Of a stretch of DNA of 64,000 bases, positions 40,780 to 51,123 are shown one piece after another. Under the pieces are notes generated by a model. It searched no databases. It had not been told where the DNA came from and was given only the letters and a program-made list of their open reading frames with translations. The position numbers were made by a program, and so were the translations under genes. Source of the DNA: Peribolospora baueri (Eukaryota). Each line of letters begins with the position of its first letter. The first letter of the stretch is position 1. The stretch covers positions 1 to 64,000 of the forward strand of contig JAMDHS010000010.1 in assembly GCA_029717555.1 (NCBI GenBank), written 5' to 3'.

Positions 40780-43095
40780 ATGCATAGTGGAGGTCTCAAG
40801 AGGGGTGGGACTGCGAGGCGGTGTCTCGTCATCGCCGTCGCCGTCGCCGCTCTGCTGGCCACTCACTTCTTGCTCTCGTTCGTATTTCGATCGAGACTTG
40901 ACACGTCCCACAACCTCCCTTCGGCACTCGGTGGCACCTTCGTCGGTCCATCCAACCTTAAAATACATGCTATCTCAGCCCTCTCCGCTGCAGCCCAGCA
41001 GCACTGGTCCAACCTCCTCTCAGCGCAGTCCACCACGCTGCGTCAAGCCGTAAAGGAGTATCGGCGAAGATACGACCGCGACCCTCCCCGCGGTTTCGAC
41101 GAATGGTTTGCCTACGCCAAGGCTCGGGGTGTGCGGCTGATGGACGAGTACGACGGTATCCACCGCGATTTGGAGCCGTTCTGGCTACTCGACGCGAGCG
41201 AGCTGCGCAGACGCAGCGCTGAGGTCGCTCGACAAGTCCCTGGCATGGCGGTAGTCAGGCTGAGGGAGGGCAAGATAACGGGCTCGACGGCGAAGTGGGG
41301 CGATCAGGCGAAGGCGTTTGCAGCTTTGATCCATCCTTTCCAGGATCGGTTGCCGAACGCCGTGTTCGTTGTCAATGAGATGGCCGACGGAAGAGTGCTC
41401 GTGCCTTGGGAGAAGATGCAGTCTTATCTGAATATCAGTGCGTTTTTTTTCGAACTATGCCGTATTTGAAGTGCTTTTCTCACGGACGCGTTGCCACGCA
41501 GCACGCGATGAGCGCAAAGAAGCTCAGAGGCGCGGCCTCTCCTCAATGATCGATGACTTCAAGCCAGAATGGCACGCCTCCGAAAGCGTCTGGGAGGCAT
41601 TTCGTCATACCTGCCTTCCCTCAGCGCCTGCTCGGCGCTTGTTGCGTGCGTTCCGGCAACCTGGCACCCCTCATTCGAACCAGGTCTCCTTCCCAGTCCA
41701 GCGAACCGAATTGCCGTCGTCCTCTCAATATTTGTTCAATGTTGGGGTGCCGAAGCCGGATGTGGCTTTCCTTCCTGTGGCGGAACATGATTTCTCATTC
41801 TGCGACCACCCATGGGCGCAAGTGCTGCATGAGCACTTCTCTTCCAGAGCCCGCACGATTTCCAGTCTCTACCCCATTTTTTCCGGCGGAAAGGCGCCGG
41901 GATACAGCGACATCGTGATCCCTTCTTATCATGACCTCACAGCCTCTGACCACAAGTCAAAGCCATGGTCGGACGCGGATTACCTCGCTTGGACGGACAA
42001 GGCGGCTCGTCTATACTGGCGTGGCAGCAGCTGGCACGGCACGAGGTCAGGCTCGGAGCATGGTCCACGGGAACGCCTTGTGCATCTGGCAAACGACAAG
42101 ACGAACGATGTGAACGTGACGCTTGTGCATCCTTCCTCATCCGGCGCCACATCCTCTCCGTGGAAGGTATGGAAGCACGCCTCCTCCGAACCCCCTACCA
42201 TGGCAAGTTCAACCGTGCCTCTTGCCGAGCTCAACGAGGCGATTATGGACATCGCCTTTACGGATACCTTGGGTCTGAGCTGCGAACGAGCGAGCGAAGG
42301 GGGGCATTGTGACACTTCCATCCGCTCGGGTAGGCTGCGAATCGAGCAGCCTGGAAAAGAGAGGAGCGAGGTCCAGAATAATAAATTCCTTCTCGATGTG
42401 GAGGGCCAGGGTAGCAGGTGGGTCGACGTTTGTGCACGCATTCTCTACCTCCGCTTGTTCTCGCTTGCTATGCGCTCGACTCTGATCTGATGATGAAGCT
42501 AATCACTTGAATCACGTTTTACCGCGCCAGTTCCCAATTCTTGACCCTTCTCGAACACCGTGGCGCCGTGGTCAAAGCGACGGTGTATAGGGAATGGTGG
42601 GCGGATAGGATTCAGCCGTGGTGAGCGGTGCAGCTGTCTTCTGTAGCTCAGTCGCGGACAGTTGGTAACATCGCTGATCCTTTCCCTCTCCGCTTCCGTC
42701 CATGATCGCTAGGTTACACTTCATCCCGCTCTCTTCGACATTCGCGGAGCTTTACAACATATACGCATACTTTGCCGGTGTCCCCTCATCTCTCTCACTA
42801 CCAGACCAAAGCGGGAATGCCGCAAACGGTGCCTCGAGCGGCGATGAATCTCTTCGTAGGATTGCCTTCGCTGGACAAAACTGGAGGGACACGTTCGCGC
42901 GTAGAGAGGACATGGAAGGTGAGAAAACAGGGGCTTCTTCTTTACTGAGTTCAGCTCGTTCCATGGAAACAATTAGACATTAACTGGTGACCCGAACCCG
43001 TATTTCCCTACCGGTCAGCATACGTATACCGCCTCTGTCTTGAATGGGCTCGGCTGCTCTCTGACGACCGTGAGGACGCGAGCTTCCGCGGTTGA
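40780..43095 (+). CDS. GT90 (CAP10/CXT1-like) xylosyltransferase-family type II membrane protein
   Basis: N-terminal TM helix; QSTTL.QAVKEYRRRY.RDPPRGFDEWF.YAK..DEYD.I.RDLEPFW; LYWRGS; KATVYREWW.DRIQPWLHFIP; RREDMEAYVYRLCLEWARL. Confidence 0.88.
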
Positions 43096-43348
43096 GCATG
43101 CGTCGGCATTCGCCCTTACTTCCTCTGTCGTCGTTAATTAACGTTTGCCTCTTGCAAGTGGATTGCGCTGCGTACCGTTCATGTACAGTCTAGATGTGTC
43201 CGTCATAGAACATTGCCCAGCTCCTAATAATAAGAGGGTTCGTGAGCTGTTCGCCGCAGTTCGCTGCGGCGAGGAAGAAGCACCTCAATCAGGCGGCTGG
43301 TCTGAACTCTTTTGTGATCATCGCATTCCTCTTCGTCAAGCTTCCAAA

Positions 43349-44599
43349 ATGCACGTCGTCCTCCCAGGTGACCCAGTCTCCGTAGAAACCTCCACTTCGG
43401 CTGCCAGCACTTCCGGCTCCTCCAACGTTGCCGCCCTTGGCCCGCGGACGATAAAGCTGGGCCCAGGCCTCCTCCAGCTGTCGGCGCGTGCCCGATCGAA
43501 ACAGAGGGCGCTGGACGAGGGCGAGGGCGACAATGCCACCCCAAGAGTCATTGCTACGAAAGCGGGCGTGCTTGGACATGTCGCGCAAGGTACCAAGTCT
43601 GAAGTGAGGGAACGGGAGAAGGCGGATCGGTGGTGGGTGGAGACGAACACCAAAAGAGTGAGTGGCCATGTTTTTTCTTTCTCAGTCGAGACGGCCTGTC
43701 GAGTGCCGTCTTCCTAGGCCATCCTTCCGAGGCAGAGATCCCCATTTGACAACGAACATTTGTCGATTATTACGATCGCTGCATCCTATGTAGTACGTCC
43801 CCGCCGCATCAGATAGCGTTGTCGCCTCCGTAGCTTCACGAGGATCTGAAGTGTATTCCCTCTCGCTAGGATCTTCCACCCCGGGCACCCTATCCGTGCT
43901 CGCTTTCGAGGGTGCGACGAAGCGCAATCGGCCCAACCTCAAGGTCGGGTCGGTGCTATACGCAAGGGTCACGCTCGCGGAGCGCGACGCTGAGCCCGAG
44001 CTGACCTGTGTGGTGGGCGACGCGGCGAAGGCGGAAGGGTACGGGGAGCTCAAGGTACCCGAGAGGGAGGAAGGCGTTTGCATGGTCTTCCGATGCAGTC
44101 TTGGTTTGGCTCGCAGGTGCGTGGGTCGCAGAGGCGGAAGGGACGGTGCACGTGTGGTGAGAGCGCCACACATCGATTGCCGTTGACACGCCTTTTGCCC
44201 TCGTATCTTCTTCAATAATCCAGCTTGCTCGACCCAGGCCACCCGCTCTTGCCGTCTCTGGCGAGGCACTTCCCCTTCGAAACCGCCATTGGCTTCAACG
44301 GTCGGATATGGGTACGGGCTGGGAACGTTCGGCATGTGATCGCTTTTGGTCGCGTCCTGGATGCGGCAGACAGAGTGCAGCCTCGCTCCAAGGCGCAAGT
44401 GGCGGCGTCCATGGCTAGTAAGGCGGCAAAGAGGAGAGCAAGGAAGCGCAGGGCGGAGGAGATGGACGTCAGTGACGAAGAGGGCACACAGGAGGAAGAA
44501 GATGATAACGAGACGGATCTGGGCGTCCAGGCCCCGGCGGTGGGTCGTGGTGTGCTGAGCGACAAAGAGATCAAGCGCATCGTCGAGTTGTATATTTGA
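43349..44599 (+). CDS. RRP40: RNA exosome cap subunit Rrp40 (3 exons)
   Basis: VVLPGD..LGPGL..TKAGVL..WVETNTKR|YVP..; LAFEGATKRNRPNLKVGSVLYARV..EPELTC; FETAIGFNGRIWV. Confidence 0.93.
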
Positions 44600-44611
44600 G
44601 ACTATGAGACT

Positions 44612-45361
44612 GCCTGCCCAATCCTTGTCCACAGACATTGATTGATGCGCAGTCGGTGTCGAGCCCAAGCCACCACCAGGCCGTCCGTCGAAAAACAGAT
44701 TGAATGAAAGCTGGCATGCGAAGCAGTCAAAAAGACCGGAACAATATTCCCTTTCGTTCCGCAATGCGCGCATCAGGAACACTCCTGGACGTCTACCGGC
44801 ACCCGCCTTTTGTCAGCAGTGGCCTACCTGCCAGGCGGGCAGTGGCGTTCCTGCTGTCTGCCTCTGCCTGCTGCATCGAACCTACGGGACGGCAACCCTA
44901 ACGCTAGACAGTCGTGACTGCGGCGAGTAAGGCTGCGGCCATCGAGGGCGCGCCTGTCCTTATAAGCGAACATCGGGGTTCACATTTTCTCTTCTGCAAA
45001 CACCAGCGTCCATGTCAAATTCCGTTCAATCCCGCTTTTCTTTTCTCCCACGGGTGAACGTGCCGAAGCGGCGCTGACATCGAAAAGCCCCATTTTGCTC
45101 GCCTCCACACGATATTCTTTTTTGTTTATCGTGGTTGTCCGCTTGAGCGCTTCCCGGTGCTTCTAAGTGCCCTCTCATATGTCCCCCGCCCTTCTGCTCT
45201 CGCTCTTGCTTTTTTGCGAGGGAGAACGGAAGGCAAGGGCGGGGACGGGCCGGTGGTCTCCAACATCTTTCCCCCCCCCCCCCAAAGGCCTTGTCTTTTC
45301 ATTCGCGTCTTTCTTTCCGAGCTGGGTACGTTCGAACTGGACAGGGCTGAGGAGGCAGTCG

Positions 45362-45406
<45 letters not shown>

Positions 45407-45936
45407 CTTTTTTCTTTTTCTTCTTTCTTACAATCCCACGACGAACCGTCGGTTATCTTCGTCTGCTTCGGAATTCCGGATCGAACTACCTCGGCCGTTT
45501 TGCTGGTTAGTTTTTTGGGAAGGGTTATCCTGAAGGCGCACCGCACCGCACCGCACCGTTGGGGGAAAGAATGCTCTTGGCCACACTGTACTCGAGAAAG
45601 AAGCTGTAGAATGGAAGGGGGAACGAACGAAAAGACGAATCTGAGATATCCACCAAAGAGCGACTTTTACAAAGCAATTGTGACAGCAAAAAAAAAGAAG
45701 AGAGAGAGCGATAGGGGTGGCGAGATACAATTTTGGTGTAACCGGCAAGAGTGGTCCTAGGTCGTTGAGGGAAGGGTGTGGCGGAGATGGAAGGTGGGAT
45801 ACAAGGAACATCGGGCATTTGGATCAGGTTCCCTGCCCCCTCTCGTCAGCTGGAAAACGAGACGTTTTGCCTAGGAAGAAGGAAACGAAATGGGTCAGTG
45901 CGGTAGGGACGTAGAGCCCTCGTCTACGGGGCCTAC
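44612..45936 (+). ncRNA. Candidate telomerase RNA (TER), ~1.3 kb; ends approximate
   Basis: Template AACCCTAAC at 44894-44902, directly 3' of helix 44680-44688/44884-44893. Pseudoknot stems 45287-45295/45340-45348 and 45301-45312/45631-45640, with a UUUUC loop and GAAAA strand. Core-enclosing helix 44625-44660/45645-45686. Three-way-junction-like domain at 45755-45876. No credible ORF; lies between convergent genes. Confidence 0.7.
45364..45406 (+). repeat. poly(T)43 tract
   Basis: 43 consecutive T. Confidence 0.9.
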
Positions 45937-45941
45937 TTTAA

Positions 45942-45947
45942 TTTATT
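45942..45947 (-). terminator. Probable AATAAA polyadenylation signal of the HSF gene
   Basis: tttatt on + strand inside an AT-rich patch ~700 nt downstream of the HSF stop. Confidence 0.4.
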
Positions 45948-46252
45948 TTAAAGATAGGAAGGACGCCGCGGAGCGTGGGCGTAACGACATCGCAAGAACG
46001 GTGTGAGAGAGAAAGAGAGACTCCAGCACGAGGAAGGGCGAAAAGGGGCGGGAACCGAAGCGAGGCGAGAGGCGAGGATAAACGAATTGCGGTGCGCGGT
46101 CGCGGAGATGCGGACGAAAGGACGGGCGGGGAATTGGAGGAGAGGGATGGACGCGGATAGGAAGGGGGGGAGGGGGGTGCCCGGGGAGAGGGGGGTGAGA
46201 GACTGACGATGGGAGAAGAGGAGACGGTTCGGTTCCAGTGCGGCGGATCACG

Positions 46253-46333
46253 ACAGGACAAGACATGACAGGACAGGACAGAGCAGGATGGGACAGGATA
46301 GGACAGGACAGGGTAGGACAGGATAGGACAGGA
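46253..46333 (+). repeat. Degenerate pentamer satellite (GACAG/GATAG)n in the HSF 3'UTR
   Basis: About 16 imperfect units. Confidence 0.8.
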
Positions 46334-46643
46334 CCGGAGAAAGACGGGCAGGAGGGAGTGTCCGTGAGCGCGAGCGCGGATGCGTGTGCAGAAGTACGGC
46401 GAAGCCTGCGAGGAGTTTAGAGGAAAGAAGAAACTAAGACGAAACAGGAGAGGGGCCAAAAGGAAGGGAAATAGGACAAGAAGAGGAAGATGGAGAAAAA
46501 GGGCATACTGAAGGAGAGCCACCCGGTTTCCTAAAAAAATATTCATGTAGGACGACCAAATTGTAGTGGATTAGAACAAAGCGCGAGGGGACGAGGGTGG
46601 GGGTGGAGCAGATACGCGCGATCACCGCCGCCCGGCCCGGAGC

Positions 46644-49238
46644 TCAGCGACCGTGCACCGGGTCTCCTGCTTTCGTCGGATGACCGCCTCTTTGGGGTAC
46701 GTTGTACGCGAACGTCCCCGGCGGCTCTAGAGCCGGAGGTCCGCCGCTGCGAGGATGTTGAAAGGTGTGGTGCAGGTCGGCGGCGTGCGACTGTGACTGT
46801 CCGTACTGGGCCATCGGCGCGTCGCGAGCCGGATGAGTGGAGAAGGGCGGAGGAGCTGCTGGATGACAAGGAGGAGGAGCAGTCGTGCCAGGGTGCGTGC
46901 GCGGCGACGGAGGTCTACCCGGCGGCGGTGGTGGTGGTGGCCGATGGCTGAACAAGGCCTGCAGCTGCGCAATGTCGGCGTGTGCCGCCTCCACTTGCAT
47001 TCTCTCCTCGTCCCCTACATTTGCGTCGGGCGCGCATATCGTCCTGAGCACGCTTGAGATACGCGTCAAGGCGTGCATGGTGTGCGTGCGCACGGTCAAG
47101 TCGGTCTGTCGGCAGAGGTGCTGGGACTCGTACATGGACCGAACCTGCGATTCGAGGTACGCGGAATGGCGAATGATCTGGTCCACACGGTCGGACAAGT
47201 CGTCGATGGGCCCGGTGAGTGCGGGACCCGAAAGGTACGGTGGGTTCGGCGGTCGTCCGCGAGTAGGGCCGGGCATGCCACCCATCTCAGCGGTCCCGAC
47301 ACCGGGAGAGCGAGGGAAATAAGTGGCCGACGGCATGTCGTATTTAGGCGTCCGGACATGCCCGCTGGCCTCCTCCCTGACGGGCGCACGAGGATCCGCG
47401 ACGGACCGACCGCCGCATTCGGGGTAGCCGGTGGCGGAGGGCTCAGGACGAGCGTACCGGAAAGCCGGGGTCGCGGCGGGCTCTGCTTCTTGTCGTGAAA
47501 CGCCCGTCCTCGCCACGGCGCCGGACACACGGGATATCTCGGGGCTCGGGGTCAAACTGCCCGCCCTGCTGGACAAGTCCTGAGGCGTGGCAACATACAC
47601 GGTCGGGCTGCCGCCACCGACGGCGTGTCCGCCGCTTCCACGCTTCTGCGGCCTCGAGGACTTGCGCTTGATGTCGGCGAGAAGGTGGGTGTCACCGCGA
47701 CGGAAGGAAGGGTGTCGAAATTCCCAGACTTGGATGTCGTCGCTGGGGTTGCCATGAAAGGTGTGATTGACCTGTGCGTGACGCCCGAGGGAAGGGATAT
47801 GCGATGTTACACGATGGGAGAGCGCTAAACGAGACTTAAGAGACTTGCGTACCTTGTGAAAGCCATACATGTTCAGTTGCCGGACAAAAGACTGCCAGTT
47901 GGAGTGCTTGAACCAGTTTGGCAACACTTCAGGGCGCAAAACAAAAGCCAAAAAATGGGCAGGCGCGGACAGAGCGATGGAGGGTAAGGGTGGCGATGAG
48001 CAATTCGGTGGCGATGCGGTAGAAAGGCGACAGAGAGAGAGTGTGTGTGGACGGACGGGAGGATCAGCTGACCTATCCGAGAGAACTCGGCCGGATTGGC
48101 CACGTTGAAGGCCGCCCCGCCCTGCGACCAAGAAATCAAGGTCTGAATTGACTCGTCCTCCAGCATGCTATATGGGAAAGTCGTGAATAGACAAGTACGT
48201 GAGAAAAGGAGAAAGAAAAGAGAGGGAGGAAGGAAGGAGGGGAAAAGTCAGAGCGAGAAGGTCGCATCGGGTCTGTTTCGACGGTTCTGCCAGTGCGAAC
48301 GACACGACGAGCGGCGCGGCGACTCACGCGTACAGCTTCTGAACAAAACTCGGCTGCTGCTTGCTGTTGCTGCCGCTCGCGTTGGCGACAGGGCCGAACG
48401 GAAGGGCTCCAGACGAGGCCGCCTCTGCGCCGTCGCCAGATTCGACGCCGCCGCCGCCGGCGAAACCTTCTCCGTATTGCGAAGAATGGTCGTCTCCCCT
48501 CGAGTGTGAGAAGGGCACCAAGGCCGAGTGGGGCTGGTGAGCGGGCACGGCTCCTGTGGAGGGAGGGAAAGGTAAAGGTTGCGATCGGTCCAAGGGTAGT
48601 GGTTGCTGTTGGTGAGGCCCGAGGCTGGGGCGCGGCGATGGTTGGTAGAACGCGGTGGAGGGGGAAGGGGACGTGTGTGGGGGCGGATAAGACGTGTCGG
48701 GTAGGTGTTCGTCGCGAGCGTTCCATCGGATGTCGGGCGCCCCCGAGGAAATGGCCGAAAACGGAGGCAGGCTGAACGTGTTCCGAGCGGCTTGTGCCGA
48801 TCGAAGTGGAGGCGAGCGCGGGCGCTCCCAGCGGTCGGGGGACTCTACGATCCGACGAGAGGGATCTATTACGTTGGGCATGCCAGACGTCGCCGAGCCG
48901 GACGGATCACCTTGCCGCCTTGAACGCTCCATGGATCCGGGCCCGCGTTCTGAAGCGACCGTTTCCTTTGACTCGTTTTCCCCATGACCTAGGTGGTCGG
49001 ACGGAGGAGGGCCAGGGAGATCTGGCGAGCGGTCGCCCGAGATGGTTCGCGGACGCTTGAAAGGCCTGGGACTGGACTTTGCGTCGCTTCTGCCCGCGTC
49101 CGGCACCGAGGCGATGGACGGCGAGTCGGGTCGCTTGTTCTGCGGAACGGGCGGAGAGGAGGTTCGGGGCGGCGACGGCGACGACCCGGCGTCTTCCGTG
49201 GCCGTTTTGGAGACCTTGGGCCTGCCGTGCCAGCTCAT
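46644..49238 (-). CDS. HSF-type DNA-binding transcription factor (non-Hsf1, Sfl1-like), 4 exons
   Basis: [82 protein letters not shown]; downstream coiled-coil; start M at 49238 inferred. Confidence 0.88.
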
Positions 49239-51086
49239 CGCGGCCTTGGCGCCCCTAGGACGCTGGCCAGCGGAGACGGACGGGAGGCGCACGCCCGAGG
49301 TCGAAAAGACGCTCGAGGAACCGTGTGGGTGAATGACGGCTACAGCGCAGAGCACGTCGTGGAGTCGACGGTCGTCGCGAGGCGGACCGCGCATGAAACA
49401 GAATCGCAACCGAAGGCGGAGGCGGGCCGTGCGCGACGGACGGTGCGAAGGAAAGATTTGCACCGGCGCTTGGAAGGTCGTCGAAGAAGCCAAGGATGAA
49501 AAGAAGTCTGGAAAAAGAAAGAAAGGAAGAAAGAATGAGAGAGAATGAAGAGGAAGGAAAGAAGGTTCGTCGAGACCGTGGCCGCCTGAAGTATTGATCG
49601 TTAATGACCGACGGGCGCCGTCGGGACGCTTGGCGTCGAGATAACTGAAGAAGGGAGGAGAAAGCGAGAGGGGAGGTCGTCGGGTCGCGTGGTGAAGATC
49701 GAGGAGAACACCTCGGACTTGGACTTGGACTTGGACAGCGACGGCAGCGACGACGATACGACGCTCAAGAAAGCTTCTCGTCCCAAGCCGTCCACCCTCC
49801 TCGAAGCCGGCCGGCGGAGGCAGCGAGCGGCAGCGGCGGCGCGAGAAGGGGAGGGAGGAAGGTGGAAAGGGAGGGAGGAGGTCGGAAGGAGGAGGGGGAG
49901 GAGGGAGACGTGGAAGGGGGTCCAAGAAAGGGAAGGGGAGGTGGAGGAAGAAAAGAGCAGGACGGACCTGACGAGCGACGGAGGTTGATGATGAGAAGGA
50001 ACGGCAACGACGGCAACAGCTTCGGCTTCGGCTTCGGCTCGACAGCGGAATGTGGGTGGTGCGCGCGCGTGGCATCATCGTCGTCGTCCCCTGCTCATCG
50101 TCGCACGGGATGGAAGTACATTGCGTCGTGTATGCACGGAACTACATGAAGACTCGCACAGATCGCACTCGCACGTCCCTTGTTCGAGAGCGTCGGTGCG
50201 GGTGCGGGTGCGAGTGCGAAGGGAACGACGATCACTAATAACGAGCGGCAGCGACGAGGACGTACTTGGGTGGGGCCGAGTGCAGTGCAGAGAAGACAGG
50301 CGAATGGAAGCGGGGCGAGGTCGATAAGACGGACGAATGCGCCAAGGCCAACCGAACCGGACCGGACCGATCCTGCGATCGTCCTCCTTTCCTTCTCTCG
50401 ATCCTGTTCCAGATCTCCTGACCTCGCTCGCTGCGCGATACGGCCGCCACGGCGAGTGGAGGCACGAATGACGAAGTGGCCCCACGTAAGCGTCGTTTCT
50501 CAACGATACGGCGTTCCGAGCCGAGGTCGTACCGCCGGTAACATGACGAGCGGGCGAATGGAAAGCGCTCGGCGGCCAGCGCAACCGAGTGGTTGCTCGA
50601 CTCGTCTACGCCGCACGTATGAGTGAGTCGTACCACTGGCAAGCCGCTGTAGACAGCACTTACAACGGAATCGGGTCGTCACATACATGCCTTCTTACAT
50701 TTGTGGTGACAGGGACGGCGGGCCGCATCGATCGATCGATCAGCCCGCCACCAGACGGCAACAAGGGCGAGGGGAAGAAGCGTCCGCCCGTACGTCCGAC
50801 TTTCCTGTCTCTTCGCTGCCGGAGTCAAATTCGGTCGCAAGACAGTGGTTACAGTTAGCGAACTAAGGACAGCACCATGTCGGTCGGACATACGAACCTG
50901 GTCGCCGGCGTATGGGGCGCGGGGGGGCCGGCGAAGGGAAAGGGGGGGGAATTGTGTGAGCAATCGACGCACGGCACCATCCCAGGTTCTTCTTCTCGTC
51001 AACCAGCCGGCCGCATGTCTCTCGTCTCTCGGCACGGCCTCCTCGCCGAACCATCAACGAAGCGTCAGCCACGAACGACGCCACAA

Positions 51087-51090
<4 letters not shown>

Positions 51091-51120
<30 letters not shown>
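51091..51120 (+). repeat. (TC)15 microsatellite
   Basis: Direct observation. Confidence 0.9.

Positions 51121-51123
<3 letters not shown>

Noticed and set aside
45023..45091. Alternative pseudoknot (hairpin 45023-45060 with U-rich loop pairing to GAAAAG 45082-45087)
   Set aside because: Stem 2 is short and competes with nested pairings; the 45287-45640 pseudoknot fits the enclosing helix better. Kept only as a sub-structure.
45729..45736. AATTTTGG as the Sm site of the TER candidate
   Set aside because: It has only four U and lies upstream of the putative CR4/5 domain rather than at the 3' end.
48324..50078. 584-aa ORF as a full N-terminus of the HSF factor
   Set aside because: The first ~280 codons are SSR/pyrimidine-rich leader-like sequence; M at 49238 is the more plausible start, though not proven.
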